Below are positions 25,960-40,520 of a stretch of 64,000 nucleotides of DNA, piece after piece. The position numbers and the translations under genes were made by a program. The notes beneath the pieces were generated by a model, which was not told where the DNA came from, searched no databases, and saw only the letters and a list, made by a program, of their open reading frames with translations. The stretch comes from Schmidtea polychroa (lineage: Eukaryota). Location of the stretch: contig CM097886.1 in the NCBI GenBank assembly GCA_044892525.1, positions 61,752,001 through 61,816,000 of the forward strand, in the 5' to 3' direction. How positions within the stretch are numbered: the stretch's first letter is position 1; each line of letters begins with the position of its first letter.

Positions 25960-27929
25960 TTGGTACATCAATGATCTGAATCATTATTTATGACTATCTC
26001 CCGATCAACAGAAAAATATTGGATTACCAAATCTTTTGCTAATTTAGATACTGCGAAAATTAATGATACAACAAAAATCTGTTCATAACTATCAAGTCAG
26101 TTATTTGTATCAGATTTAAAATTTTCTGGATTTTGCAGAAACATTGCAACCAAAATCAATTCTTTTAAACGTCTTTCAGATAGTCTTTTCTGCAGAGTTT
26201 CTAACAAGTTTGTTGCTAATGTACCAGGTAAATCTCGAACAGATTTGAAGAGAAACTTTATAATTCCCTCTTAAGTAACAAAATTACAATCTCTTGTACC
26301 AAATGCTTCAACCGCCAATTTTACTGGTTTTAAGACACTTAACAATTCTTCCAACTTTGCAATCTCATTTTCGTGTAATTTAACGGCGGAGTTTAGATTT
26401 ATCAACGCTTTTTAACAGCAAGATTTTAACAATAGATATCGTTCCAACATTGAATCGATACTGTTCGACCTTGTCAGAAAATCCAACATAAGATTGAGTT
26501 CTTTTTCATGCTCGTTTTTAATATATTTTTGAAGCACACAGTTTTTTACGCCTGATTTCTTAAACAACTTCACAATTTTGCCGATATTGTCCAAAGCTAT
26601 CTTAAAATCTCCCTGCTCTTCCAAAATAATTTCAGTATTTTCAGGTAATTCAGCATTAGCATCCTTTTCTACTTGAATAGATTCGTTATCATCACAGTTT
26701 TCTAAGTCTAAATCTTCATCAGATTCTTCTGTAGAGGGAAACTCTACAAAATTATCATCGGAATCGCTTGTTTTGGATTTTGCTATAATATCACAAATTA
26801 CAAGTTGAATGCCATGATTTAAGCATAATTGGTGGACTATAAATGGTAATTCTCTCCCAATTATTTTCTTAATAGATACGCCATCGGTTATTAATTTTAA
26901 AACTGCGAAGTGTTTGCAGAAGTAAATTTTTTAAAACTTCAGCTGAACAATTACGATAAATTCTGATAAGACCTAGATTATCGTAGCTTCCGTTTGAAAA
27001 TTGCACATTTATGTTTAAATAACGACGATTTTTGAAACTTGTCCATTCATCAAGTGTCAAACTTAATAATGAATTCTCTTTTTTGTACCAATTTATTCAT
27101 CTTATGGTTTCCAATTTTACTAATTCATAATAATCGTGTATGAGTTTCAGAACATTGGTTTTATTCTTAGGCAACTGAAAGCCACGGGCATTCAAACTTA
27201 TATATGAACTTTTACACACACCAGAAATTGAAAATCCATCCAAAGCACATAATCTAGCTACTATTTCAGCCATAGATTGTCGTTTAATATTGTTAAAGAT
27301 TGTAGATTGAATTTTAGAAATCTTAGATGCTGGACTTGCTTCCAAGTTGGCTTCATTTTCTTTACGTTTTATCGCCTTTTTTGGATGAACAGCTGAAAGA
27401 TGACGAATTAACTCACTGGTGAATGATCATTTACATCCGATATTTGTTGAGCAGTATTTGAAAACCGCCTTTTCACAACTATCATCCCTTTTGAAATGGT
27501 TCCAAACTTCCAATGAATTCTTTTTAAACATGGTCTGATAAAAAACTTTTAAATATAAATATATAATTAATTAATGAATAAATACAGACTTTATTGCTTA
27601 TCAATCACTTCAAAAGAAAATAAACTGTACAAAATGAATTCACAATAATAAATGAATAACATTAACAAAGCTGTTTTAAAAATATATGCAAAAACTTCTG
27701 TACCTACGCCTACTAAGTAAAAAAATATTCTAGGATTTAACGTTTTTTCATGTTTTCAAATATGATTCCACTAATCACTATGGAAACATTTGGTATTTTA
27801 TCTAAAATGACAAACTTGAGTAAATTATTTTTTTTTAATTCCCTGGTTTTATAATGGTGAAATCCCGGGAATCCGGATTATAAAAATCCAGAAATTTTGC
27901 TCCCGAGAAATCCCGAGAAGGACCCACTA
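25960..27929 (-). mobile_element. Degenerate hAT (Ac/hobo-like) transposon with BED-finger transposase, 3'-truncated
   Basis: ATG at 27531, VWNHF..C..YC...LNRHLSAVH (BED finger), TLDEWTS..RRYLNINV, LTRSNS..MLERYL; terminus TAGTGGGTCC with subterminal TCCCG repeats near 27850-27929. Confidence 0.85.
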
Positions 27930-28399
27930 ATTGTGTTTCAATAGATTAAAAAATATGAATATGTTAATTAACATTAATTATAGAGGTCGATATTCATTAC
28001 CTGATATAAAGTTCCCTTTTGGCAAAACACACAAAGTTGTAGATCGAACAGGAAAATATCCGATCATATTTTTGTCGAGTAATGGGATGTAAGCAAATCA
28101 TTATAACCGGAGAAATATAACTTAAAATATAATTTACATGATTTACAAATTCAATCAATCACTGTAACAATCGATATAGAAAGATTTATAAATTTATATG
28201 AATTACAAAGAAAAGTGTATATCTGAACCAGAAATATGTCCAGCATTGTGCTTTTAGAAATATGATCCGTCATGTGTCAATGTATTTTCTTGTGGGAAAG
28301 TGGTAATACTCGGAATAAAATCTTTTGTGTATTAAAAATTAAACTTTTCAGTTAAAATCAAAAGAGAATGGTCATACTAATAAATTAAAAAATTTGAGA

Positions 28400-30330
28400 A
28401 AATTATTTGGGATCTCTAAATTTAGTGTACAGAATAAGGATGAGTAAAGTTGTTTTATCTGAAGAGGAGGATCGTATTTTGAAATTTGGTCCTAATCATT
28501 ACATTAAGAAAAGAATTGATGAAACAAAATTATGTTTTAAGATTGAAAGTTTATACTTTCATATACTTCGATCGATGAAAGATATTAATACTAATTATGT
28601 GAAGAGTGTGTTGAGTTCGAGTACGATGGAGTGTATTGATAAAAATAAAAAGCAGAATACTAAAGACTTTTCTGTATTAAAAAATGTAGCTAAGAAAGAA
28701 ATCAATATATGTAAGTTTGATAAAGGAAATGAAGTGCTATTCTTGACCATGATGTATATGAGAATAAGTTTAATAATGTTTTGAATGCTTCTCAGTTTGT
28801 GAAAGTAGAGATTTTCCGAAGAATGGGATAATGCCTTCTCTTAAAGAATGAGAATTCGTTAAAAGAGATACTGAATAAATTAATTAATAATAAGCAAATT
28901 GATGAACAGTTGTTCAAATCTATCCACCCAATGGGGACACAACCAGCAAAAATGTATGGGCTTTCAAAATCCATAAAGATGGTGTGCCTACAAGACCTGC
29001 TTTATCTATGATTGGTACTGTCCAGTATAAAATAGCCAAATTTTTGGATGGAGTATTAAAACCAATAATAGTTTGAATGTAAAGGTAGTTTTGAATTTGT
29101 TTTCTGCATTTCACAATATGATAGACAAAGTGTGGATGAAATTATGACTTCGTTTGATGTTTGTAGTCTGTTTACTAATGTACCATTGGTTGAAACTATT
29201 GATTTATGTTGCTTGTTATGGAATGAAAAATCTTTAAACATCATATTTTGGATGTAAGGGCATTTCGTGACTTTCTAGAATTGGCTACTTCAAAACTTAA
29301 TTTTCTTTTCAATAATGAATGGTATAAACAAATGATAGAGTTGCTATGGGCATCACTAATGGCTTCAAATTTTTTGGCAAGCAAGAAAAGAAAATTGCAT
29401 TTTTCCAATTTATAAAACCCACCGTTTATAAACGGTATGTGGATGATATTTTTCTTATATTTGAAAATCAGAGGCATGTTAAGCCGTTTTTGCATTAAAT
29501 AAATAGTCTATATCAGTGTTTCTCAAACTATGGGTCGCGAAAGAATTTTTGGTGGGTCGCGATGACTTATGGAAAGATCTACAAATATACATTTTGGAAG
29601 TTTAAGCCTTTTAAATTTATTTAATCTTTGTCATGTGGGTCGCAATAAAATTTTTGGCATGAAATGTCAAAAATTTGGGTCGTGATCAAAAAAGTTTGAG
29701 AACCACTGGTCTATATAAAAACATTATTTTCACATGTGAAACGGAGAAAACATCAACACTTGCTTTCTTAGATCTGTTAATACAACGCAAAGAGAAACAC
29801 TAAGATACACAGATTTATGAAAAACCAACTAATACTGGTCTTTATACTTCGTCTGAAAGTTTTGGTGAACTCAAGAATAAGAGAAACATGGTGAAGGGAT
29901 TAATTTATCATTCATAGTCTTTTCTTCTACTTAAGTAAATTCAGAAAAAATGTGTTGATAAATTGGCTGAATTTTTAATGAAGAATGGTTATTCAAAATT
30001 CTTTTTATTAATTAAAATAAGAGACTGTTGATAAATTTATTAAAAATCCTAAGGATCCATGTTTGAGATAATCTGGGTGTGATCTTGTTGGTGTGGGTGA
30101 GTTTTATGAGTTAAATAAATTAAATAGCGTGTGTAAGGATGATGAGCCTAAATATGTGTTGGTATTGTCGTACTCAGAATGTTTTAAGGAAAATAAGCAA
30201 GCACTTAGGGAATTTACAGGGATCATCAACATATAAGAGCTTCTCGAGCCACATTACGATATTGTTGAGAGATCAGAAAATATTGTGTTACGAATTACAT
30301 TGTTTGTAAGGATTCAATGAGAATAACATG
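28400..30330 (+). mobile_element. Degenerate Penelope-like retroelement (reverse transcriptase)
   Basis: KFDKGN, PAKMYGLSKIHKDG, MTSFDVCSLFTNVP, VAMG..., YKRYVDDIF, FLDLLI, YEKPTNTGLY, KNGY blocks in order, broken by stops and frameshifts. Confidence 0.85.
29514..29708. mobile_element. 195 bp hAT MITE nested in the Penelope RT
   Basis: TIRs CAGTGTTTCTCAAACT / AGTTTGAGAACCACTG; perfect 8 bp TSD GTCTATAT. Confidence 0.93.
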
Positions 30331-32569
30331 CTCCAATTGATGTCCATGGTGCCATGATTTTTAATGTTTTTTATCTTTATTTTATAAATTTATTTTTATT
30401 GCAGAAAAATAGTTAAATTTTTTTTTATTGCAAAAATATTTTCATTAAGAAATTATTTTAAGGCTTATTTATCCAGAAAAATTACTTGATATTTCTTTTT
30501 ATTACTTTTTATCATGAAAATACAAATTAGTTTTTTCATTGAAAATTTTGGACTTTTAAAATATTACCTGAACTTTTTCATTTAAAAATAAATTTGGTTT
30601 GTATCGAGAAATAATACTCAGGCTATTTTCATTGAAAATTAATTTTTTAGGCTTTTTAATCGATAAAAACTCATTTTTTTATCTAGACTATAAAACCGTC
30701 AAAAAAAACCTTCAAATTGACATTCTACCAAAAATCCTGAGTGCAAAGATACTTGTCGAAAAATAAAAAATAATAAAAAATAAATATTAATTTAAATATT
30801 TAATTTATTAAAAAAGAATAATTTAATTAAAATATTTAATCACTTCTATTAAAAATATTTATGTATATATTTATGTATATATTTATGTATATATTTATGG
30901 TTTATAGACCACAATTTTGAAAATGATTATGATGTGAAGCGACCGAGGAACTTTCAAAACTATGAAAATAAGTTTCAACAAGACCATGCAAATTTGCTGA
31001 GGTAACGATTCATTTCATAATATTTGGTCATATTAAAATAATTTGGATTTATGAAAGATTTTTGAAATTTATAATTAATTTTTAATTTCTGGCTTGGGGC
31101 TCGATTTAGAGAAACCATATTGAATAGAATATTAAACCTAGGTCACTGGATAGGAGTCCCAACTTAAATACAACGTTTGAAATTTATAAATGTTTATTAA
31201 ATATGTTTATGGCTTTTTTAACTTTCCAAAAGAGTTTTGGTATGGATTTTACTTTTGGTTCCAAATATATAAATATGGCATTGAAGATGAACATTCTTGT
31301 TTCTTTAGTTTCATTTTAATTTCTTTTAAACAATCAGTGTTCTTTTTAATAGTGAGCTGGCATCGTTTTCATGACAATTTGCGTTCTCTTGATTCTGTTG
31401 GAGTTCAAAATAACATTATACGTGTGGGGAGGGATCTTTCACATCTGGATTCGTCTTATCCGGTTGCTGCTTTCGCAGTATTGGAATAATTGCTTAAAAC
31501 GGCTATTCGGGTTTTTGATCACTAACACAGAACACGATTATCTGATAATATCGTTTACTGATTGTAATAAAGGTTGTAATTTACGTTATAAATAATAATA
31601 TAAATTTCGTTTTTGAAAGCTTATTGATTGATTAACAATTTGTATAAAATACCAATTAATACCTTTACCAAAGGTGTCACAAAAGCTAAGCAAAAGATTT
31701 CGGTTGTGCCAACGTCCTCAGAGTGTCATTAGCTGGAACAAACAATACCTCAGCTCTGATCTAAAATATGCGGACGAAAGACGATTGAGGGATTTCCCAA
31801 ATTTTGCGCGACTCGAAGCTCAAATTTGAACTCGTCTGCCTAAGTTTAAAACCTCTAGAACTTTTATTTAAGAAGATTAAAGCAGCACAAAAATTGTTGA
31901 TAAATCAATCGTTAACCAATATGATTAATACCTTCGATTTTCGGTCTTAGAAGTAAAGTGCTACACAGAATGCCTTTAGTTTTACGAACAACTTGGTCAA
32001 CTCTTCTTAATTATATTTCTCTACTCTCTTCTAAAATTTCCCTTTCGAAACTGGTGAAAATTCGTCTAGAACTTCTTTCTGACTATTTGTGTTTCTGTAA
32101 TTATTTCTAAGTTCTGTAATCTATATATAGGTTTTCTTTAGCTCAGATGTTCTGTGGCTCAAATTTCACGCACTGTGTAAATAGAATTCACGGAATAGGA
32201 TCTCTCAATTTATTGTCCTCATTAATAGTTAAACAAGACATTTTATACTAAATGAAATTTTCTATATTTATTGCTAAAATTACAAATATTACTTTTTATT
32301 TATTACTATATTTATTATTTATTATTTATATCTATTCTTATTTATTACTATTTATAATTATTATTATTTATTTATTACCATTATCTATTTCATTGTCAAT
32401 TGTTTTAATTAGTCCATATGACGTCGATAGGGATTGACCTCATGGCCAATTGAACCCCAACAAAAAAGTATTAGTTCCTAACTCAAATAACTGAATCATC
32501 ATAAATAAATTATTTATTTCTTCATACAGCACCCGATCAATTGTTTTGCTTAACTTGTGTAAGTGCTTG

Positions 32570-35500
32570 TTTTGATTCAGCACCTAAATTTCTGTATCAA
32601 AAAAGTTCTTGTGAGATGGTTTCTATGCGTTTCTATATCAGATAACCCGATTAGGATATCGTCTATATAAGGGACAGCGAAAGGAAGGTCCATCAAGACT
32701 TGATTAATATATCTTGGAAAAGTCTGTGCAGAGTTCCGAAGCCCAAATGGCATATATACGTACTCCAAAATATCGATTGGAGTTAGTACGACTATTTTTT
32801 CAATATCAGACTCTCGTATGGGTATCTGATGGTACGCCTTAACGAGGTCGATTGTGGAGAAAATCTTTGCCTTTGAAAGACAGTGAAGGATGTCACTAAC
32901 AAGCGGCATGATATAGGAATCATGTACTGTGATAGCATTCAGGTTTCGATAGTCGCCAAAAAGACGGGAAATGACATCTATTTTTGGGAGCAGGTGCATT
33001 GGCGATGACTATGGAGATTTAGATCTCCGAATAGTACCGTCATGTAAGAGATTCATGAATTCGGAAAGTACAAACTCAAGTTTCTCATTAGAAAGTGGCC
33101 TTGTGTGGCTTCGGAACTTCGCTTACCGCAGTTTTTCGCGTGTTAAAACACTTATTAATGATATCTACGGCTATTTTTGGGTGTTAAATTGTTGTAACAG
33201 TTTTCGACGGAGTAGTATTTTGGCAGTTAATTTTTAGCAAGAGTGAATGTTTAAATCGGTTGGTTTCGTTGATGGCGGAGGAAATAGTACTGCAGTTTAA
33301 TGGATTATTTATCCTTAAAGTGCGTGAATGGCAATCAACGAGTAATCCATTAGCACATAAAAAAATATCAAATCCTAATATGGGGATAATAACCTCTGCT
33401 GTGTGGAACTTCTACTGAAATATTTGATCAGACAAAAATGGTAAAGAGAAAGAACCTAACGAACCTAACGCCCCACCGACACTACCGTTTGCAGCCTTCA
33501 AAGAAATATCCATAGTGTTGAGGTCCGGAAGGTACTCTTTAGGTAAGATCACAATCTGGACCCAGTGTCAACAACAAATTCTAGTTTGTTCGAAGGAGAT
33601 GACAATATATTAAAAGAGTGTGATTCAGCCTCTATTAAAAATAAATCCAATTTTGAAGAAAATTTGCCTCCCACCTCTGCCGCTAGAAGTGGTGGCAGTA
33701 TTAGTTTTTTTGATTATTTGGGTGTGTTTTGTGTAATTGGTGCAGCCTTCGAAGCATTTTAAGGCTTTGTCTCAAACCTATCGTTTGTTGGGGTTCAGTA
33801 GGTCCCGGGATAAAAGTATTAGGAAAATTTTCGAATTAAATAAAATAAATTATTATTAGTATTTAATAATTACTGAAAATAGAATTAAAATTACTAAGAT
33901 TGAAATTAAAATAAAAATAATAATTAAAAATTACTACATTTAGAAAACAAACAAAAATAGTATTTTATGTATATTTAGTAATTAAATAATTACTAAAAAT
34001 AAAATAGCTTAAGTTTAAAGTATTTTTTTTTTCAATCACAATAGACCTATAATTGGACCGACAATTTAGACACACATTTGACGTGTAAGATAGACTTAAA
34101 CAACAAATTCAGGATAAAGTGAAATTAGCTCGAGCAGGACACAAGATTATCACCACTACAGATATTGAAGATAACACTACGCTAAAATAACCAATTCGGG
34201 TTCTTAGCAGTTTAATATCGATTTTGTATCAATTCGTTGAGTCGGAATTAAAATTCAACCGGTACGTAACATTTTAATTATTTATAACTTACACCAGTAT
34301 TTGTTTCGTACTGTAGTGTTTGGGAAATAATATTTAGTTAAAACAATCATTAGGAAAAGTCTTCTCCGTTTCTGGGATTAAGACTAAACTTTTGGGAATT
34401 ACCCTCTTCTTGTTCTTGACACCTACATCGGGCTGTTGGCGCATTTAGAGCCAGCCTTGATTCTTATAAATAATATTTAAGGAGGTTTGTATAACCGTTT
34501 TCTATTCTGTAGCGTGCAGCCAGTTTTTCTAAATTGTATTTGAACAATTTTTGTAATATATTTAGTTTAAAATAAATATTTAAAAATATATTTTCTTTAT
34601 TTATATCTAAATTACCTACACGCGTTATAATTAATACTTGTGGAGTGAGATTTACAATTGTGTTAGTTCGAGTACCTACCCATCAAACCTAACACACTTG
34701 TCAAGTATCTGACAAGATGGTGCTTTGTCTCTCCAATTGCAACCTAGATGGCAGAACTGTGCGTTATTACGAAATTTACAATGAAAACGGTGCAGGTTCC
34801 TGGCTGAAGGAAAAAACGAACATTGGTGACTATTTTGCACTACTTGTTGTGATCTTTAAAAATAAGGCCTGTCGTCATTATTACGCCTGGCGGAGATGCT
34901 ATTCTCAAGCTCACTGATTCGGTTAGTGAGGCTTGTTATAGCGCAAAGTAAAGCTTCTTCCGTCGAAGGTTTCAAAGAAGACGAAGGAGAAGATAAAATT
35001 TCCGAATTTGTGCTGCTACTCAGCTGCATAGAGCCAGTTGGTTGTGGACCAAGTGTCACGACTTCATTAATCTTGTCGGCCATCTTTGCTAGCTCTACTA
35101 CATCTGCGGTTGAAGAAAGCGTTAAAATTTGTTGTGTGTGTGGCGGTAAAGCAGACAGAAAAATTTGTTTCAAAAGTTTTTGATCAGCAGCAACCTCAGG
35201 ATGTATTTGAGTCGGTTCTGCCATAGCGTGTTGCAAAAACTGTGAAGGTTTTCTCCTACTCAAAGTTTGCGTCTTAAAGTGTTTAGTAAAGAGGGCAGCT
35301 GTAGGCTCTTTAAAGACGACAAGGATTACCGTACGCAATTCTTCATAAGGGGTTTTGACGCTAGTAGGTGAAGTACGAAGAATCACCGACGAAAGCTTAC
35401 TTGATATAGTTGGGGAAATCAATGGTAAAATGCGACAATATTTGTCGCGCGAACTGGTGACCTCAATTCCCTCAAGTGCTAGTTCGGTAGCAATCAGCCA

Positions 35501-35700
35501 AGTAAGTGGAGAGTTATTCTCATCCAAAAAATACTAACATAAATAAGTCGAACACTGATTATTGGACTTGCGTTTAGTCCTTGTTGGGTTGTGATTGTTG
35601 TCAATGTCATTCTCCAAATCTCAGGAACCGCCAGAAAGTGGCAGCAAACAATGAATGACGCTGTATGGCGTCACTCCGTAGTCACCTAGTGTACGACTAT
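32570..35700 (-). mobile_element. Decayed Ty3/gypsy retrotransposon: gag (34856-35527), aspartic protease (about 33300-33580), RT (32577-32999); about 0.9 kb non-coding block between gag and protease
   Basis: Gag PYEELR...RRKPSQFL...IFLSALP; protease FVVDTGS...LKAANGS...ILGFD; RT IDLVKAYHQIP, MPFGLRNS, YIDDILI. Confidence 0.9.
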
Positions 35701-35799
35701 CGGAAAGTATCGTGCCGTTATACGAAAAAAAGAAACGGCATGTGTGATTAGTCAACATATTATGTAGCGTTTGTGAATGGAACCACTGCGTTTTGTTTT

Positions 35800-36980
35800 G
35801 TTCAAAGTTTGAAACATATTGTGACGTTCGATTACAGAGTCACGGCAGTTTATTAACATTTCCTAAAGATCCCAGCCAACAAAATAGATGTTTAAGTGAA
35901 AGTTATTATTATTCTATAACAGAATATGGTTCAACACCACACTTGTGCCTCTGCTATTCCACTATATTGGATGCTGCCTATTGTGAGCCTTGTTGGCTGT
36001 TCTCAAATATGAATAGTCAATGTCGTTCTGGTATAAAAGATATAAAAGATTTATCCCCACATAGTGTTTCACAGCAACACATTGAAGCATGTGCAATATT
36101 TGAAATGTGGAAACAAAATAAAACCATTGATAAAAATGCTGAAGAGCAAGCATGATATAATGCTTCTTTTAGGAAAATGGTTCTGGAAATGTTTATTCCG
36201 TGTTATGAGCGGTGCGAACAATAGTGTACAAAGAAGAGTTAGGCGGATCCAGTCGAATGCAGAGTATGTGCATTGTGCCGGTCACAATCTGAATTTACTA
36301 ATAAATGACTGAGTTAGTGGTCCCCAAGAAGTATCGTCATATTTTACTACTCTTCAGGATATATATATCCATATTTTGGAAACAGCATAAACAGATGGGA
36401 TCTTCTGTCTTCGTTTACTAGAGTCAGAGATTACTTTAAAAAAGCTCAATCCCACTTGTTGGTCTGGTATATTACAGTCCATGGCAGCTGTTAAAGTTCG
36501 TTATGTTGATATATTAAAAGCTGTGAGAAATCAGTCTTAAATCGAAAAAGAAGGATAGAGATGAGGCGATTCAAATAAAAAAGCATGGCAACAGTTGATT
36601 TTGTTTTTGTCAGTATATTTCTATACAAGGTGATGTGCGAAATTAATTATGCATCCAAAACCCTTCAGAACAAAGACATTGACTTGGCTGAAGCTTCATG
36701 TGTTCTAAATCGTGTCAGTGAAAATATTCAAAACTTTAGAAAATCATATGAACAACTCAAATTAGAAGTTGATGAATAAGCCAAAGTGGGGACTTGATGC
36801 CATGTTTCAAGCAAGAAGACAGCCATGCACTAAACTACATTTCGATGAGTTAGCATCAGATTATAGTTTTGATAACAGGGAACATTTATTCAGAGTTGAA
36901 GTATTTTATTTCGTTTTGGACAAAAACAAATACTCAGATTAAGTAGCATTTCACTGGGATGCAAACAATTACAAACTGTT
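35800..36980 (+). mobile_element. Degenerate internally deleted hAT (ZMYM1/Tip100-like) transposase
   Basis: AAYCEPCWLF zinc-finger, VMSGANNSVQ, YVHCAGHNLNL, LKKLNPT, SKTLQNKDIDL. Confidence 0.8.
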
Positions 36981-37463
36981 TTGGATTTCTTATTTTTTTG
37001 CTATTTTCAGGGCTTGCCACTTTTCATAATAGTTCAAATTTAAGAGTATTGTTAGAAAGTGTGGTAGATATTTGTAGTTAACACAAGTAGTTAAAATAAA
37101 GGTTTCATAAAGCTTTTAAATTAACTCACATTTAATTAATTTTCTAATATTCAATGTGAAAATTTAAGAAAACAATACAAAATTAAGATTTAATACATAA
37201 TACAAATACTTTGTGATAAAAATAAAGTTGCAATCGTGTCTGCTAAAAAATTTATTTTGATTATCTCATATAAATTCAAACTAATGCCCAATTATTAAAT
37301 ACATTACTATATAAAACATTATAATTTTAGTTCAAAACAATTACCAACATTCAACAATCAGGTCCAACAATTAGAAAGAAATAACGTTTATTATGAATAT
37401 CAAAATAATGATTATAAAACATCAAAAATTGAATCTACATCATGTTGTATTATATAAAATAAA

Positions 37464-37796
37464 TTATTTGATCTTCTTGATTGATTGGGGTGAAACCGGA
37501 GATCCAAAAGTTTCCATTATTTTAAGAACAACAGTCAGCATATCAAAAAAGGATGAAATAGACACCCTTAATTTTCGTATTTGCTGACCAAAGTTAGATT
37601 TATCTTTAGAAATCGGAGCTTCAAATCGAGCTATTAGACGATCATTATCAACAGATAATATTTGCTTGACAGTACACCTTGGAGGATCATTATCTGCTAC
37701 TAGACTGTTATAAGCAATTACAGCTTCTGTGTCAGTTTTGAAGGTTATAAAAATTTCTGCAAAATGTTGAAATATGTGAGTTTCAACTTTATTCAT
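37464..37796 (-). CDS. PCC1: KEOPS/EKC complex subunit Pcc1/LAGE3 (t6A tRNA modification), 110 aa, single exon
   Basis: EIFITFKTDTEAVIAYNSLVADNDP...LSVDNDRLIARF...KLRVSISSFFDMLTVVLKIMETFG follows the Pcc1 family pattern (F.+..EA.IA..SL..D.EP...LR++++SF+D.L.+V...M..FG). Confidence 0.88.
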   Translation of the reverse strand: MNKVETHIFQHFAEIFITFKTDTEAVIAYNSLVADNDPPRCTVKQILSVDNDRLIARFEAPISKDKSNFGQQIRKLRVSISSFFDMLTVVLKIMETFGSPVSPQSIKKIK

Positions 37797-39020
37797 TTTA
37801 AAAGATCAATTTTATTACAAAGTATTATTAAAACAAGTTTATAAAAAATACAACAAATTAAAAATGTGAATCTTTTCTCCAATGTTTTCAAAAATAAAAA
37901 AACAATGTTTAGTATATTCATATTCAAAGAAAACAAAATTATAACCAGTAAAGAATCCACCCTATCGTATTATTTTCAACTTGTAATAGAAATAACCAGA
38001 AAAATGCAACTTTTAATAAAATATGTCATTTCATTTAAAGTTCGATATTCAATTAATTATTTTCAGTAGTAAAATTTTTAAAATGCAAAACATATATAAT
38101 TTATATACATTCTTAGGAAATTGACCTTGAAACTAATTTTCGAACGAAAATTGAACTTGTAAAATCTGTATGACATTGTAACAAAACGAATTCAAATTTT
38201 ACAGTTTTTCTAAATAAAAACTTTTTTCTAAAACATTACAATTATCAAATATGTGTCCAACCTTCTATGAAATCACAGTACAGTAAAACTTCGATAAAGG
38301 TGACTAATTGGGGAGGGGTGTCCGTTAAAGCGAAAGGCCGTTCTATAAAATAGGTTAAAAGTAAATCAAAAAATCTTTTTTTTGAAAACATGTACACTGT
38401 ATTTAGATATAAATGAAAAATATGAAACAAACAAAATTCTATTTTATTGTATTCGGACACTCGTCATGAAGCGACGTTGCTGTCTTATATAGAGGCGCTT
38501 GCTTTCGATAATCCTGCTTTAAAAAAGAAATCAAGTTAAGTTTGCACTTTTCAAATACTAGAACGTTGTTGGATGTACCATTTTAAGATTGCTTCTTAAA
38601 GTGAAGTTTCACGAGCCAATGTTATTCGTTTTCTGGGATTGTTATTCTCTCTTACATCACAGATTAACGCAAATTTATTTATTTTGCTTTAATTTTTTTA
38701 TATCTCAAACAGTTTCTTTTTTATGCCATAATGTTAAAATATACGAGACGCAAACTATCAAGACTCCAACGTTTGTATAATCTCTAATTTTGATTGATAG
38801 TTAGTATGAGGAAGTTGAAAGATTCTTAGAGATTTAATTAGAAATTTTGTTAAATTTAAAAAATACTTTATTGAAAAATATTTTAAAATGAAGATTGAAA
38901 TTTAGCATTTATAAAAAATATTTTTATCGAAAAATATTTTAAAAGAAAAATTGAAATTTGTTTAAATAACAAAAATAAGAAAGACAAGTTTTTGAATGTA
39001 AAATTTACTGAATAAAATTT

Positions 39021-40520
39021 ATGGAATTATTTAATGATTTGAAACCAGATATTAATGTTATAACGGATGATAATCCTAATATTGTGGCAGCGGTAAACAC
39101 CGACGCGATCACAGAAAGATTGTTGCCAAAGGTGTTCTGTCAAGATGATGACTTGGAAAAGTTCATTAGAAGATGCGAGATTTATTTCGATGCTAAAGGC
39201 ATCAATAAAAAAGCACAGGAAAGATTGACTGCATGTTTGATCGACAAGAATCTATTGGAGAAATATGCGAAAACAGTTAAAAAAGCAGAAGGATTTCAAG
39301 CCAGATTACGAAAGGCATTTGTTTACGAAAGCGACATAAAAAAAGGATATGGAAAGTTTATTGAATTATAAAAGAAGAGGCGAAGAGATTGAAACATATT
39401 TCAAAAAAGTGGAGGACGTTGTTAGCAGGAGAATAAAGAATTCACCAAAAAAATAACAGCAAAGATTTTGATAGTATGTGTTGAGAATATAGAAGTTGAG
39501 AAAGAAGTAATATTACGGAAGATTAAAAGCACAGAGGAGATAAAGGAAAAAATAATTTTGATGGATAAAGTGGACAAGCAGTGAGATCAGATAAACGCTA
39601 TGAAAAGTTACTCAAGAGTGGTCTATCAGGATCCACAGAGTAGAGAATATTACAGGCAGAAAGATGAAAGAGAAGAAGGCAGGGGACGTGAAAAATCAAA
39701 GTGCTGGATATGCCACAAAATAGGCTACACGAAAATAGACTATCCAGTAAGACGTAAGATAGAGTGCTGGACGTGTTACAGAAGCGGACAGATAAGTAGG
39801 AATTGTCCAGATAAAAAAGTGCCAAGATGTTTTGGTTGTGGGGAAGAAGGTCATATACGAAGATTATTTCAAGAAATGCAGTGTAAAAGATGCAACAGAA
39901 ATGGTCATAGATCTGAAGAATGTCGAGCTACAAGAAAATTATAGAGAAACAAAGACCGACAGAAAATATATACAGTCGGATTAATGGAATCGTAGAAGAA
40001 GAGGAAAGGGAATCGTGCGTAGAGACAAATGAAGATAATTTTAGTAGTTCGAAATTATATTCGTGGATATATGTGGACCAATGGAAGAAACAAAAGGACG
40101 TAAGAAGTATATATTGGGTGTAATAGACCAGTATAGTAAGTATCAAGTCTTGACAGCTATAGCAAGATAGGACGAGAAAACAATAAAGAAAACGACTTTA
40201 GAAAAATGGATTTTAAGATTTGGGTGGCCAAAGGAGATAAGAGTTGATTGTGGGAAGACTTTTGAATCAGGAATGTTGAGAGAATTCATCAAGAAACTTG
40301 ATATTAAGTTATGTTTTTCGAGTCCATATCATCACCAAACAATTGGACAGATAGAAATGCAATTCAGGAAAGTAAAATTCAGAAAGAGCTGGTAAATGCT
40401 ATTTTACGAGACAGAATGAAGACGGATTGGGCAGAGATACTACCAGAAATCGAATTTACATTAAATGCAACCAAACAAAAACGACATGAAAAAGACAGGC
40501 AGAGATTTTTGCTTTTATGA
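39021..40520 (+). mobile_element. Decayed gypsy-like element: gag with four CCHC-type knuckles (39600-39944) followed directly by an integrase fragment
   Basis: CWICHKIG, CWTCYRSG..C, CFGCGEEGH, CKRCNRNGH..C; then IDQYSKY, FGWPKEIRVDCG..F, SPYHHQT.GQIE across shifted frames. Confidence 0.8.
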
